Assembly: GCA_963758915.1 (NCBI GenBank)
Contig: CAVWXH010000002.1
Location: 64,001-128,000 of the forward strand
Length of the DNA stretch: 64,000 nucleotides
Reading direction: 5' to 3'
Source of the DNA: an uncultured Methanomicrobiales archaeon
Lineage (GTDB): Archaea; Halobacteriota; Methanomicrobia; Methanomicrobiales; Methanospirillaceae
In this document: positions 63,536-64,000 of the stretch, in pieces
Position numbering within the stretch: the first letter of the stretch is position 1
How the letters are laid out: every line of letters starts with the position of its first letter
Made by a program: the position numbers and the translations under genes
The notes under the pieces: model-generated
The model's database searches: none
What the model was told of the DNA's origin: nothing
The model's input: the letters and a program-made list of their open reading frames with translations, nothing else

Positions 63536-64000
63536 ATGAATAATAACAGAATACTGATTGTAATTCTCATCATCCTGAACCTGATCGCCGTAGGGGCTGT
63601 GTCAGCATCGGGATATTACGGCAGTACTGCAGCCGTGAGTGATGACAGCGTTAAGTCATCAGGGGTAACGTATGCCCTCCTCGCCGGGGTGTCCACGTAC
63701 AAGATCCCCTCCAATAACCTGGATGGAGTGCAGTATGATACACCGCATATGAGAGATATGCTCATCAATGACTGCGGCTATTCCTCATCACGGATAACCT
63801 CCCTGCAGGATGGTCAGGCGACCAAGAGCGCTATCAGGCAGGCACTTATCCAGATGAGCGCCAGGGCAGGAAAAGACGATACGGTTGTTTTTTATTTCAG
63901 CGGGCATGGCTACGTATACCCTTCCGGGTACGGGACTTCGTACCTTGAACCGTATGATTCAGAGCTGGATTCAGTATATTATGATATTTCAAGTTCAGAA
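63536..64000 (+). CDS. Secreted caspase-family (peptidase C14) protease, 3' end beyond the window edge
   Basis: Not in the ORF track: signal ...LIAVGAVSA, YALLAGV..Y, L.D..ATK..I, DDTVVFYFSGHG (catalytic His), YL.PYD. Confidence 0.85.
   Translation, partial: MNNNRILIVILIILNLIAVGAVSASGYYGSTAAVSDDSVKSSGVTYALLAGVSTYKIPSNNLDGVQYDTPHMRDMLINDCGYSSSRITSLQDGQATKSAIRQALIQMSARAGKDDTVVFYFSGHGYVYPSGYGTSYLEPYDSELDSVYYDISSSE

Overview
Chromosomal window from a methanogenic archaeon, most likely Methanomicrobiales (Methanoregula/Methanolinea-like). This assignment is inferred from atwA, DUF2150/DUF5814/DUF2124/DUF432-like genes, CxxC-type ThiI, receiver domains with the FTGRGRE...ADFYLQKG signature and sheath-protein-like genes. 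It carries housekeeping and stress genes (mscS, msrA, thiI, dinB, dapB, alkA, sixA, cooS, atwA, ABC transporters, YeeE/YedE, USP) and many PAS/GAF/REC signalling proteins. I saw no rRNA, tRNA or CRISPR array. Highlights: (1) a complete Rsb/SpoII-type partner-switching module (LytS-5TM PP2C phosphatase, RsbW-like kinase, STAS) in a lineage without sigma factors, coupled to an MBL hydrolase fused to a degenerate kinase-like domain; (2) a four-gene cassette of unknown function with a hairpin at its RBS, two holin-like membrane proteins and a sheath-protein-like secreted protein; (3) a pseudo-REC-PAS-PAS diadenylate cyclase; (4) an intact but catalytically degenerate type IIG-like methyltransferase; (5) an IS5-type MITE family, two copies of which have perfect 8-bp target duplications; (6) an identical 16-bp operator beside the TATA boxes of atwA and the DUF169 gene; (7) about ten single-base frameshifts, most at AGCT/GTAC sites, which look like long-read errors at methylated motifs rather than pseudogenes. 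All family calls come from motif reading and recollection, not database searches.
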